Positions 18,177-28,400 of a stretch of 64,000 nucleotides of DNA are shown here, piece by piece. This DNA is from an uncultured Rikenellaceae bacterium (GTDB lineage Bacteria; Bacteroidota; Bacteroidia; Bacteroidales; VadinHA17). Below the pieces are notes generated by a model. It ran no database searches. It was not told the DNA's origin and saw nothing but the letters and a program-made list of their open reading frames with translations. The translations under genes were made by a program, and so were the position numbers. The DNA lies in contig CAYPHL010000006.1 of the NCBI GenBank assembly GCA_964410385.1, positions 4,026 to 68,025 of the forward strand. The letters run 5' to 3'. Position 1 is the stretch's first letter, and each line of letters starts with the position of its first letter.

Positions 18177-18761
18177 ATGGATGTCCTGGAAAATCTGGCA
18201 GGTATGACCGGTAAAAGGGGAGCAATTGAAGTAATTACTGGTTCAATGTTCTCAGGCAAGACCGAGGAACTGATAAGGAGGCTGAGGAGGGCTCAGTTTG
18301 CCGGTCTGAAGGTAGAAATATTCAAGCCGTCGATGGATAAGAGATATTCGGAAACAAGGATAGTGTCACACGATGAAAAATCGATCCTTTCAACGCCGGT
18401 CGATCATGCGTCCTCAATCCTGATGCTTGCCGGGAATGTGAAGGTAATAGGGATCGATGAAGCGCAGTTTTTTGACAATTCAATTGTTGATGTCTGTAAT
18501 AGGCTTGCAGATAATGGATTAAGAGTGATCGTGGCCGGACTGGATATGGATTTCATGGGAAAGCCGTTTGGCCCGATGCCGGCGCTGATGGGAATAGCCG
18601 AATTTGTTACAAAGGTTCATGCAATCTGCATGAGATGCGGGAACCTCGCCCATTATTCATTCAGGAAATCGGATGAGGAACAGGTGGTGGTACTGGGTGA
18701 AAAAGACAAATATGAACCGCTTTGCAGAACTTGTTATAATATTGCAAAAGAAAATGGTTAA
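18177..18761 (+). CDS. tdk: Thymidine kinase
   Basis: 194 aa. P-loop [21 protein letters not shown]-terminal zinc ribbon CMRCG...CRTCY. Confidence 0.93.
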   Translation: MDVLENLAGMTGKRGAIEVITGSMFSGKTEELIRRLRRAQFAGLKVEIFKPSMDKRYSETRIVSHDEKSILSTPVDHASSILMLAGNVKVIGIDEAQFFDNSIVDVCNRLADNGLRVIVAGLDMDFMGKPFGPMPALMGIAEFVTKVHAICMRCGNLAHYSFRKSDEEQVVVLGEKDKYEPLCRTCYNIAKENG

Positions 18762-18770
18762 GTACTATGA

Positions 18771-18869
18771 CCTTTGTGTCCTTAGTGTTTACCTTTGTGT
18801 CCTTTGTGGTTAAATAAAATTCTACTTAAACCACAAAGAGCACAAAGTTCACACGAAGGGCACAAAGAG
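18771..18869. repeat. Inverted pair of family-1 modules (TTAA ends facing the loop)
   Basis: Arms 18771-18813 and 18826-18869 are imperfect reverse complements around a 12-nt AT loop. All eight cores are the T/A variant (CTTTGTG / CACAAAG). Confidence 0.85.
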
Positions 18870-18930
18870 ATTGGGTAAATACTGTACATTTTTGAATTAA
18901 ACAGATTATATCTCTTTTAACGGAACTTAC

Positions 18931-21393
18931 TTGAGATTTACCTCTTCTGAAATTGCGCGAATTGTGAATGGGACTCTGACCGGGGACCCTGATCTTCAGG
19001 TGACGGATGTTATAACTGACAGCCGGAACATTAATGTTACTGAAGGACTTGTTTTTTTTGCCATAAGCGGAAAGAACCACGACGGCCACAATTTCCTGGA
19101 AAACCTTTATAATAAAGGTGTAAGGGTCTTCATTGTTGAAAGGCTTCCTTCAGATATTTCAGGATTTCATGGAGCAGCAATTATCGTCACAGAAAATTCC
19201 GTGAGAGCTCTCCAGCTTCTTGCCGCACATGTAAGGAAAACATTCAGGTCACCTGTCATAGCAGTTACCGGGAGTGCCGGAAAGACAATTGTAAAGGAAT
19301 GGCTTGCCGATGTACTGGGGCTTGCTCTTCCTGTTGTACGTAGCCCCAGGAGTTATAACTCACAGATCGGGGTGCCCCTTTCTGTCCTGAAAATTGATGA
19401 AAAGTATAAATACGGGATATTCGAGGCAGGTATCTCATTTCCCGGGGAAATGGACAGATTGAGAGATGTAATTGATCCCGATATAGGGGTGATCACAAAT
19501 ATCGGTGATGCCCATAATGAGAATTTTGGTTCTGTTGAAGCAAAGGCCAGTGAAAAGCTGAAGCTGTTCAGGGACTCTTTCATTATTGTTTATTGCAGGG
19601 ATCATAAGATCATTCATGACCTGATAGGCAGCCTGAAAAGATCTTCTGAAAAGCTGATTATCGACTGGTCGGTAAGCCATAGTGAGGCAGCAGTAAAAGT
19701 GAAGAAGATACCTCTTGAAGAAAACCGCACCCGTCTGGATATGACCTTTATGAACAGGGACTATCATTTTGTGATACCTTTCAATGACCGGGCATCGGTG
19801 GATAATGCAATAACTGTTGCCTCAGTATGCCTTGGTCTGAAGACCGATCCGGAGATTATCCGCAAGGGTCTGGCTTCTCTCGTTTCGGTAGCGATGAGGA
19901 TGGAAATGAAAACAGGGATCAATAACTGTCAGCTGATAGAGGACTATTATAATTCAGATCCGGGTTCCCTCGGGATGGCTCTTGAATATCTTAAAGCTCA
20001 GAATAACAGAAAGTCGACTCTTATTCTCTCGGATTTCAGTCAGACCGGGAGGGATGATAAGGAGCTTTACGGGGAGATTGCCTCCCTGGTTCAAAGAAAT
20101 TCTATTGATAAATTCATTGGGATAGGTCCTTCTCTGGCGGCTAACAGATCATTGTTCAGGGGTGAGACAAGATTTTTCTATTCGACTGAGGAGTTTTTGC
20201 AAAAGTTCACTCCATCAGATTACCGTGATGAGGTTATACTTATCAAGGGAGCCAGACGCTTTGAGTTTGAGAAGATTGGTATTCTTCTCGAACAACAGGT
20301 ACATCAGACCGTTCTGGAGGTAAATCTTGATGCCATTTCGCATAATCTGAACATATTCAGAGGGTATATAAATCCGGGTACGCGTATAATGGCAATGGTC
20401 AAGGCGTTTGCCTACGGAGCCGGTCCGTCTGAGATCGCCTCTTTACTCGAATATCAGCGGGTAAGTTACCTGGGTGTGGCCTGTGCCGATGAGGGTGTGG
20501 AACTGAGAAAAGCAGGTGTTTCAATCCCTGTCATGGTAATGAACCCCGATCCCTCGGCATCCGGACTGATGATCAAATATAACCTTGAACCCGAGATTTA
20601 CAGCCTGCTCTCATTCCTTAGGTTCAGTCAGGTTGCCTCAAAGCACGGCCTGGTCAATTATCCTGTTCATATTAAGATTGATTCCGGGATGCACAGGCTG
20701 GGCTTCATGCCTGAAGATATAGGAAGGCTTTCTGAAGAAATAAGAAACTGTGAAACATTACAGATAGTATCAGTTTTTTCTCATTTTGCTGCCAGTGAGG
20801 ATCCCGGGTTTGATCAGTTCACCCGCAGGCAGGCTGAAGTCTTTCTCGAAGCGTCCGAAAGGATCAGGGAAGCGGCAGGATATTCATTCATCAGACATAT
20901 CTGCAATTCGGCAGCCATACTCCGTTTTCCCGAGTATCATTTCGAGATGGTAAGGCCCGGAATAGGTATTTATGGAATAGGTGATCCGGGAGGGCCCGAT
21001 CTCAGACCTGCAGGACGTTTCATGACAAGGATCTCCCAGATCAAGAGGATCCCTGCCGGAGAACCTGTCGGGTATGGCTGTAAGGATGTATCCCGCGAAG
21101 ACCGGATAATTGCTGTCCTGCCTGCAGGGTATGCCGACGGACTTAACAGAAAGCTGGGAAACCGCAACGGAAGCCTTTTTATCAGGAATACAAAAGTTCC
21201 GATAATTGGAAATATCTGCATGGATCTTTGCATGGCCGATATTACCGGTCTGGATGCCCGCGAAGGTGATGAGGCGGAAATATTCGGTCTTAATATAAGG
21301 ATCAGTGAAATTGCCGGTCAGTGCGGGACAATACCTTATGAGATACTTACTTCAATACCACCCAGGGTTAAAAGAATATTTTACAGGGAATGA
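18931..21393 (+). CDS. murF/alr: Bifunctional UDP-MurNAc-tripeptide:D-Ala-D-Ala ligase (MurF) / alanine racemase (Alr) fusion
   Basis: 820 aa. The N-terminal half is a Mur ligase (AVTGSAGKTIVKEW). The C-terminal half is an alanine racemase with the PLP-lysine motif AMVKAFAYGAG and PVGYG. TTG start per the ORF track. Confidence 0.9.
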   Translation: MRFTSSEIARIVNGTLTGDPDLQVTDVITDSRNINVTEGLVFFAISGKNHDGHNFLENLYNKGVRVFIVERLPSDISGFHGAAIIVTENSVRALQLLAAHVRKTFRSPVIAVTGSAGKTIVKEWLADVLGLALPVVRSPRSYNSQIGVPLSVLKIDEKYKYGIFEAGISFPGEMDRLRDVIDPDIGVITNIGDAHNENFGSVEAKASEKLKLFRDSFIIVYCRDHKIIHDLIGSLKRSSEKLIIDWSVSHSEAAVKVKKIPLEENRTRLDMTFMNRDYHFVIPFNDRASVDNAITVASVCLGLKTDPEIIRKGLASLVSVAMRMEMKTGINNCQLIEDYYNSDPGSLGMALEYLKAQNNRKSTLILSDFSQTGRDDKELYGEIASLVQRNSIDKFIGIGPSLAANRSLFRGETRFFYSTEEFLQKFTPSDYRDEVILIKGARRFEFEKIGILLEQQVHQTVLEVNLDAISHNLNIFRGYINPGTRIMAMVKAFAYGAGPSEIASLLEYQRVSYLGVACADEGVELRKAGVSIPVMVMNPDPSASGLMIKYNLEPEIYSLLSFLRFSQVASKHGLVNYPVHIKIDSGMHRLGFMPEDIGRLSEEIRNCETLQIVSVFSHFAASEDPGFDQFTRRQAEVFLEASERIREAAGYSFIRHICNSAAILRFPEYHFEMVRPGIGIYGIGDPGGPDLRPAGRFMTRISQIKRIPAGEPVGYGCKDVSREDRIIAVLPAGYADGLNRKLGNRNGSLFIRNTKVPIIGNICMDLCMADITGLDAREGDEAEIFGLNIRISEIAGQCGTIPYEILTSIPPRVKRIFYRE

Positions 21394-21408
21394 CCGGGGA
21401 TGGCTGTT

Positions 21409-23061
21409 TCAGTATCTGGCAACCAGCGGCATTATCCTTCCCTGGCCGAATGATTTTGAAGATATCCTCAGGATCGGAGGGGCCTGATATCTTTTGAACT
21501 CGTTACTGTTGATCAGGTTAATTACCCGGGTCACGATTTCCTTAGTTATTCCGTCTCCCGAAATTTTTTCCGCAGGTTTTTGCAGGTCGATATACTGGTA
21601 CAATATGGAATCCAGTATCCTGTACTCGGGAAGTGAGTCTGTATCGAACTGGTTGGGTCTCAGTTCGGCAGACGGAAGCTTCGTGATAATATTCCGTGGT
21701 ATTATTTCCTCATTCCGGTTAATATACCCGGCAAGCCTGTAGATATCAGTCTTGTAAACATCACCAATAACTGATATGCCGCCTGCCATATCACCGTACA
21801 ATGTTCCGTAACCTACGGCCGCTTCACTTTTGTTTGAAGTATTGAGTAAAATGCATCCGAACTTATTTGCTACAGCCATAAGAAGTATAGCCCTTATCCT
21901 TGCCTGGATGTTTTCTTCAGTCACATCTTCGGATCTTCCCTCAAAAAGAGGAGCAAGCTCCTCGCCGAAAACCTTAAAGGGTTTTTCTATGCTGATGATG
22001 TCATACTTTACCCTTAGCCTTTCTGCCAGTATAACAGAGTCAGTGACTGAATGTTCTGATGAATATCTTGAAGGCATCAGCAATGCTCTTACATTTTCGC
22101 TGCCCAGGGCTTCAACAGCCAGACAAAGTACAATTGCCGAATCGATCCCGCCGGACAGACCGAGCACCGCTTTTCTGATCCCTGATTTAAAAAAGTAATC
22201 TCTGATCCCGGTGATTATAGCTTTATGAATAAGTTCAACAGGATCGTATTTTTTATCTTCAGGGATCGGGGAAAGAGAGAATATCTCTTCGTATGTGAAT
22301 GTCTTCACTTCTTCTTCAAAGAACGGAAGACGTTCACAGATCTCACCACTGCCGTTAATTATCATCGAAGCTCCGTCAAAAATAAGCTCGGTATTTGCAC
22401 CAGTCTGGTTCGAACTTATCAGCGGGATACCGTGCTTTGCAGCCTTATTCCTGAAAACAGCGGTCTTGGCATCGATCCTTGTATAGGCAAAAGGCGAAGC
22501 CGATATATTTATTATAAAGTCGGGATCCTGCTTTGCAAGCTCATCCATCGGGGAAACAGTGTATAATCTCTTCTTCTCAAATTCATTCTCAAACTGTTGT
22601 TCATCCCAGATATCCTCGCAAATTGTAATGGCTATCCTGAATCCTTTGAAATGAAAGACATTGAAATTCCTGTCCGGCTGAAAATACCTGTATTCATCAA
22701 AAATATCATAAGTCGGCAGGAGTGCTTTATTGGCTGTGAATATTATTTTACCCTCTGACAGTACCAGCGCCGAATTGAACAATTTTTTACCCTCGGGATT
22801 TTTATTTATTACAGGTGAGCCGACTATGGCCGTGATCCCGGTACATTCTGCTGCAATTTCACTCACGGCGCGGTCACATTTTTCAACGAAATCATAGCGA
22901 TCGAGAAGATCATAGGGAGGATAACCCGGAACTGAAAGCTCTGAAAAGATTATGAGATCCGACTTTTCATCTTTGGCTTTCCTTATTGCATTGCATATCT
23001 TTTCCTTATTGGCTTCGAAGTTACCTATATGGTAATTAAGCTGAGCGACAGTAAATCTCAT
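21409..23061 (-). CDS. nadE: Glutamine-dependent NAD+ synthetase
   Basis: 550 aa. N-terminal CN-hydrolase (nitrilase-like) domain plus a C-terminal NAD synthetase with PP-loop LGLSGGIDSA. Confidence 0.93.
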   Translation of the reverse strand: MRFTVAQLNYHIGNFEANKEKICNAIRKAKDEKSDLIIFSELSVPGYPPYDLLDRYDFVEKCDRAVSEIAAECTGITAIVGSPVINKNPEGKKLFNSALVLSEGKIIFTANKALLPTYDIFDEYRYFQPDRNFNVFHFKGFRIAITICEDIWDEQQFENEFEKKRLYTVSPMDELAKQDPDFIINISASPFAYTRIDAKTAVFRNKAAKHGIPLISSNQTGANTELIFDGASMIINGSGEICERLPFFEEEVKTFTYEEIFSLSPIPEDKKYDPVELIHKAIITGIRDYFFKSGIRKAVLGLSGGIDSAIVLCLAVEALGSENVRALLMPSRYSSEHSVTDSVILAERLRVKYDIISIEKPFKVFGEELAPLFEGRSEDVTEENIQARIRAILLMAVANKFGCILLNTSNKSEAAVGYGTLYGDMAGGISVIGDVYKTDIYRLAGYINRNEEIIPRNIITKLPSAELRPNQFDTDSLPEYRILDSILYQYIDLQKPAEKISGDGITKEIVTRVINLINSNEFKRYQAPPILRISSKSFGQGRIMPLVARY

Positions 23062-23070
23062 ATGATCCTA

Positions 23071-23841
23071 TCAGAAGTTGATTCCCAGCCGGAAAGATAG
23101 CAATTTATGGGACACGAAGTCCCAGGGTTGATTACTATTCTCTTTTGTGATATCGATGAAATTATTATCGAAACCTATGGCCAGAACGGTTGAAGTATTT
23201 CCCGCCAACGGGTAAACGATACCTGCCATAAGGTGCCATGACAGGTTGAATGCTCTAAGTTCGGGAAGGGCATTGCTTCCTTTTATATTCAGCGATGGTA
23301 TATCTGCACGTCCTCCGATCACTATTTTAGGATCGAGTCCGATATCCGCAAATAATGAACCATATCCTGTCTCGCTTGTCTCAAGCTTTAAACCCAGCGG
23401 AACTGAAAGATATTTTATCCTGTATATTATTGCTTCCCCGGGATCAACGGTGAGGATCTCCTTCCTGTAATTCCTGATCTCAAAAAATGTTGTTTCATCG
23501 CTTATCAGCCTGCCTCCCGCTTCAATAATATTCACCCCTGATGATATCGAGTAGTTCGGTCCGATATATCTGTTGTAAGAAACCCCGAAAATATATCCTG
23601 GAACGGCTCCGTCGTTCCTTATATTATAATTGCCGGTTGTAAACCAGCTTATGACCGGATCAAAATGGATTCCGAATGATATATCCAGGGGAGGACCGTA
23701 AGGGATCCAGGGAGGACGGTACCCGGGCTGGGAAAAGATCCCTTCAGAAAAGAAGGACATGATGATAAGAAGTATCACTTTTGTCCCGGTATGAATTATT
23801 CTCTTATGGATCATTTTTGTCTCTTTAATCAATCTCATCAA
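23071..23841 (-). CDS. Small outer-membrane beta-barrel protein (PorT/OMP_b-brl-like)
   Basis: 256 aa. Signal peptide ending FSQ, alternating hydrophobic beta-strand pattern, terminal ...FRLGINF aromatic residue. The start may be the internal Met (MIHKR). Confidence 0.55.
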   Translation of the reverse strand: MMRLIKETKMIHKRIIHTGTKVILLIIMSFFSEGIFSQPGYRPPWIPYGPPLDISFGIHFDPVISWFTTGNYNIRNDGAVPGYIFGVSYNRYIGPNYSISSGVNIIEAGGRLISDETTFFEIRNYRKEILTVDPGEAIIYRIKYLSVPLGLKLETSETGYGSLFADIGLDPKIVIGGRADIPSLNIKGSNALPELRAFNLSWHLMAGIVYPLAGNTSTVLAIGFDNNFIDITKENSNQPWDFVSHKLLSFRLGINF

Positions 23842-23923
23842 ATATTGAGCCAGTTTTAAGAGCGGGGTTTTAAGTCGGCAATTTGCGGAAAAGTACTAAA
23901 TTCGGAACTTAAAATGAACTGCA

Positions 23924-24946
23924 ATGAAGGGATATTATAAAATATCAGTTTTCTTTTTATTTTGTCTGATTATAATTGCCGGATGTAAAAGGAATCATTA
24001 TAAGGTCAATACCTCCTCGATAGATGCCGACATTACAATAAAAAGGTTAGAGAAGTCTCTTTTTGAGCCTGATCCTGCAAAGCTGCAGACAAATCTGCCC
24101 TTACTCAGAGAGGAGTACGGTTCCTTTCTTCAGTTGTTCAGCTATGTTATAAACGCAGGTGATATAAATGATACAATTTTCCCCGGTATCCTGATGAATT
24201 TTGTAACCGATAAGGTCAATTACGGGGTATATGAAAAAGTAATTCAGCTGTATCCTTCTATGGGCCCATATGAAAAAGAGCTCGAAGAAGCTTTCAGGCA
24301 TTATATTTATTATTTCCCTGAACGGCGTGTACCTTCGGTAGTGACCTGTATTACCGGATTCAATAACAGTATTATTACCGGGGATTCTGTTTTAGGGATA
24401 GGTCTCGACAGGTATCTCGGGCGTGACAGCGAGTATTATCCCCGGCTGGAGATTTACGGTTATATGGCTGCGAGGATGAATCCTTACAATATTATCCCCG
24501 ACTGTATGTATGGCTGGGGATCTTCGGAATGGGATTACGATGCGCTGGATTATGCTGATGATAATGTCCTGACGGCAATAATACATGAAGGGAAGGTGAA
24601 ATACTTTGAAAAATGTATGTTACCGGAGCTTAATGATACGATCCTTTTCGGCTTTACAGCCGATCAGATGAAGTTCTGCAGGAACAATGAAAGGCAGATG
24701 TGGCAATATCTGGTTGAAAATGATCTGCTGTTCAGTACCGACCAGTTCGTTATCCGGAAGCTTACAGGTAATGCACCGTTCACAAGCTATTTTACCAATG
24801 AATCACCGGGGATGGCAGCCATATGGCTGGGATTCCGGATAGTCGAATCATGCATGATGAAGAACAGAAATCTGACCCTCGGTGAACTTATGGGAACAAA
24901 GGATGTTCAGTCGCTGCTGCAAAAAGCGCAGTATAATCCGGAATAA
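23924..24946 (+). CDS. gldB: GldB-like gliding-motility lipoprotein
   Basis: 340 aa. Lipoprotein signal (IIIAGCK). C-terminal ESPGMAAIWLGFRIVESCMMKN...LLQKAQYNPE resembles the GldB family pattern as I recall it. Adjacent to nadE, as in flavobacterial gldB loci. Confidence 0.7.
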   Translation: MKGYYKISVFFLFCLIIIAGCKRNHYKVNTSSIDADITIKRLEKSLFEPDPAKLQTNLPLLREEYGSFLQLFSYVINAGDINDTIFPGILMNFVTDKVNYGVYEKVIQLYPSMGPYEKELEEAFRHYIYYFPERRVPSVVTCITGFNNSIITGDSVLGIGLDRYLGRDSEYYPRLEIYGYMAARMNPYNIIPDCMYGWGSSEWDYDALDYADDNVLTAIIHEGKVKYFEKCMLPELNDTILFGFTADQMKFCRNNERQMWQYLVENDLLFSTDQFVIRKLTGNAPFTSYFTNESPGMAAIWLGFRIVESCMMKNRNLTLGELMGTKDVQSLLQKAQYNPE

Positions 24947-24973
24947 AAAAACAGGGCTGCATTTCTACAGCCC
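24945..24973 (-). terminator. Intrinsic terminator downstream of the ferredoxin gene (possibly bidirectional, also follows gldB)
   Basis: gggctg (24954-24959) pairs with cagccc (24968-24973). On the minus strand the hairpin is followed by uguuuuuuu. It lies between the convergent gldB-like and ferredoxin genes. Confidence 0.6.
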
Positions 24974-24999
24974 CGAACATTTTTTAAAGATCGCAATAC

Positions 25000-25170
25000 T
25001 TATTCTGCTGGATGAATAGCCTCGACAGGGCAAACATCGGCACATGCACCACAGTCTGTGCATATATCCGGATTAATCTTATAGATATCGCCCTCGGAGA
25101 TAGCCTCAACAGGACATTCATCAATACAGGTTCCGCAAGCGGTGCAATCTTCACTGATTTTGTAAGCCAT
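25000..25170 (-). CDS. 2x[4Fe-4S] clostridial-type ferredoxin
   Basis: Not in the ORF track (56 aa). Manual translation: MAYKISEDCTACGTCIDECPVEAISEGDIYKINPDICTDCGACADVCPVEAIHPAE, with two CxxCxxCxxxCP motifs. The + ORF 25012..25236 is its antisense shadow. Confidence 0.85.
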   Translation of the reverse strand: MAYKISEDCTACGTCIDECPVEAISEGDIYKINPDICTDCGACADVCPVEAIHPAE

Positions 25171-25209
25171 TTCTATCTTCTTTTAGTTAAATTGATTACT
25201 TTGATCTGC

Positions 25210-25217
25210 CAAATGTA
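25210..25217 (-). promoter_or_regulatory. Candidate -7 box (TAnnTTTG) for the ferredoxin gene
   Basis: The minus strand reads TACATTTG, 39 nt upstream of the ATG at 25170. Confidence 0.4.
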
Positions 25218-25308
25218 TCCAAAAATTATTAATTAAAAAACAACATCTAACATATACAATAAACGTGCCTGTTTTTGACCTGGCGAGTAGATATATCCGG
25301 GGAGCTTA

Positions 25309-25396
25309 AAAATCAATTTATTTACCCCAGCCCCAGGGGGAGTAAATTGATTTTCTTCGCTCCCCTTGGGGTCGGGGTAAACGAAGAAAATCAATT
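25309..25396. repeat. G/C-run multi-hairpin element (family 2) with flanking direct repeats and mutually exclusive AT stems
   Basis: TACCCC (25323-25328) ... GGGGTA (25374-25379) encloses CCCCAGGGGG and CCCCTTGGGG. aaaatcaattta (25309-25320) pairs perfectly with 25343-25354. attgattttcttcg (25346-25359) pairs perfectly with 25382-25395. aaaatcaatt is directly repeated at 25309 and 25387. Confidence 0.8.
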
Positions 25397-25435
25397 CATG
25401 AATAATGTTTGATAAACGTCCCCCCCAATGCATTT

Positions 25436-28400
25436 CTAAAAATCGAGACTGAAGGATAAGTAGAATATCCGGGGTAATATATAATTATTTTCAATTCCCC
25501 ATGCCCAGTCGGCCCTTATAAAATAGCCCATGAGCTGTGCCCTTAAACCGGCTCCGAATCCTGCAACAACAGGTTCCCTGTTTGAATCAAGAGTTACTTT
25601 TACAGATCCGCTTTCTATGATCTCATTATCCCATGCATTTTCTCCCGACCATGGGGATCTGCCTACCCAGGCTGAACCAATATCTCCGAAGCCGACAACC
25701 TGCAGGCTGTTGAGGAAATTTGATTTCAATGGCCGGCCGGCAATATACCTTACAAACGGCCACCGTATTTCACTGTTGATAAGGGCAAAGCTTGTACCGT
25801 TACGTATATTCTGGGTGAATCCCCGCATATTGGTGGCAAGAGCCTGGAAACCATAATTCATGTTTGGATTGACAGGTATCGACTGATCAAACATTCCCGA
25901 CCTGTTGAAAAGATTACCCATCCAGTTATCAACACCGCCGAGGTAGTAAACAAGTCTTGTCGGCCCGTAGGATGTACTGGCAGCCAGACGGTTGGCCCAT
26001 ATAAGCTCCCTGTGTATCTTTATGTATTTCCTGAAATCCAGACCTACAACGATCATGTCGGATTTTCCATAGTTAAGCTCTTTGTAGTATTCGCCAAAAA
26101 CCTTGAATCTGGTACCATAGTAAATGTTTATTGCCCTTTTGCGGGTATTGTCATAGACCAGTTCCCCTTTCAGGTTCGCCCAGTGACGTGAGATGTTTTT
26201 ACTGTTCAGGGCTGCAACCATATTATCTGAATAGAGCATCACATGCCTGTCATTCCTGTAGGCAACAGTCCCTTTAAGTGCCAGAACAGGTGTAAAAGGG
26301 TATGAATATGTCAGATATATATTATGTGTATGCGATTTGAAGTAGCTGGAGTCATTTGAACTGAAAAATCCCTGGCGGTGGAAAATGAACTGTTTATCGA
26401 ATTTCCCTTTCAGGCTCTCGACACTTACAAGATATTCATTACTGTCAAAATTTCCGGAGAACCTGAATCCTCCGGTGATCCTGTAGTTTTCAAAAAGGTC
26501 GATAATGCCGAACCGCGAGAGCAGATTCACACCGGGATTATAATACGGAGCACCCCCGCTGTAAACCTGATAGGTGTTGTTGAGGAAGCTGAAATCGATC
26601 TGATTTGCTATATAATTATTGTAAAAAGCTGTCTGATAAATCCTTATTGCCGGCATCTCAAGAGTGCCCGTATCAAGATCTATATCCATATAGTCTTTTC
26701 TCCAGAGCTGATCGTAATAATTCTGTTTTTCTTTCTCAAAAATATAGTGACTGATATCGATCGGCTCATTTTTAATATAATATTCATAAAGAGGTTTTGT
26801 AAGAGTGTCTCTTCTTTTTTTATCCTCGGCAATGAGCCATTGTCTTATCTGTTCCACACTGTCAGCCTTATGCAGCAGGAGTGATTTCTCTTTCCTGAAA
26901 TTACTCGGGATCATTTCATCTTTCGCGATATCTGAATCAGACATCTTTCCCCTGCGAAGATTGAATTTTCCTTTGTTAAAGACGATCTCTCCGTAAGTAT
27001 CTGAAGCATTTGCCACCGACTGGCTTAATATGTTCCGGTCATAATCTGTTACAGGTACTGAATTTATAAAATATCTGTAATGCGTTGTTGTATCAATATA
27101 GGCGATGGCGCTGTCGAATCCTGCAGTATACCGGTTAAGTATCCCGTCAGCATCTCCTGTATAGATGAATCTGTTACGGATGGTACCCGATGGTGAAAAT
27201 CTGTCAACATATTGTCCCTCTGACAGCCTGGTGAGAATATTGTTCCGCTGTGAAAGATTATATGTGAAAAGATCGAAGGTTCCGTTTACTTTTTCGAAGG
27301 GATCGGCCGTATTTGAAAGAGTGTCTGTGAGCCTGTTCGATGAAAAAACAATTATATCTTCCGCACCGGTCAGGAACGAGGGGTTGAGGTCATCGGCAAT
27401 ATCTCTTGTTATCTGTTCATTTGTGCCGGAAGCTATTGTATGGACATAAAGGTCGGTAATACCGTCTTTAACTCCCGATATAATGATCCTTGAACCTTCG
27501 GGTGAATATGAAAAATCAAGTACCTTGTCATAATACAGCAGGGTCCGGCTTTCAGTTTTCTTCTCATCTGTCCTGTAAAGATATATCGCCATTCCGGCTT
27601 TCTCTTCATTTATATATGTCAGTATCTGCCCGCCCGGGTGCCAGGCTATCACAGGATAAGTATTGTCGGTTATATGTTCATATTTCGGTTCTCTTCTGAA
27701 TATAACCTTTATCTTGCCCGTCGACCCGTCATACAGATTTATCTTCTTTCTTCCCCAGATATTTGTTACAAAAGCAATATATCTTCCGTCGGGGCTCACC
27801 TTAACCTGCTGGTAGATCTGGTCCTTTTTGGAGCTGGCGATTACATTATTATCATTAGCGGGCTGCCCGCTGTCGCCGGAAAACTCATTTGTGTAAAATT
27901 CTTTCCATTCCTTCAGCAATTCCTTGAGGTCCTTGCCAATAACATACAGGAAACCGTCCTCGGTATTCTTATAAACCTTCGTGAGATATATTATATTAGG
28001 GATAAGGGCATCGCCATACTTTTTACCCAGGAACCTCCAGAAGGACTGGCCGGCGTAAATTGCATCATCATATTCAAGGTTGTTGAAATTCTTATATTTC
28101 CCTGATAATATCCCATCCTTCACGCGGTTCTCTGTTTCGATATCCCAGCCGAACGACACATAGTTTGTAAGGCCTTTAATATACCAGTTAGGGATTGTTA
28201 TCACTGAAGAACTGTTAATACGGTCCCTCAGATCGGCATCGTACAGCATTTCGTTTATAATAACTTCGGTGATGGCTGCTCCGATCTGTTTCTGATAAGC
28301 TACATGATCGCCTTCATAATAGAGCATCACCTTGTTCTTGATAATCCTGCTGAATCCTCCTGTATTGTAACTGTCTTCACCACTTGTCACGAGCCCTACA

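Noticed and set aside
18771-18869. CRISPR-like array, suggested by short regularly spaced repeats
   Set aside because: The repeat cores are 7-9 nt at 9-12 nt spacing, with no unique spacers of CRISPR length. The arms are inverted rather than direct, and there are no cas genes in the window.
25233-25433. 66-aa ORF spanning the family-2 repeat (and similarly 18826..19089 spanning the family-1 repeat)
   Set aside because: The translated sequence is simply the read-through of the G/C-run palindrome (YPDPKGSEENQFTPPGAGV) or of the CACAAAG repeats. The open frames follow from the repeat composition and are not evidence for genes.
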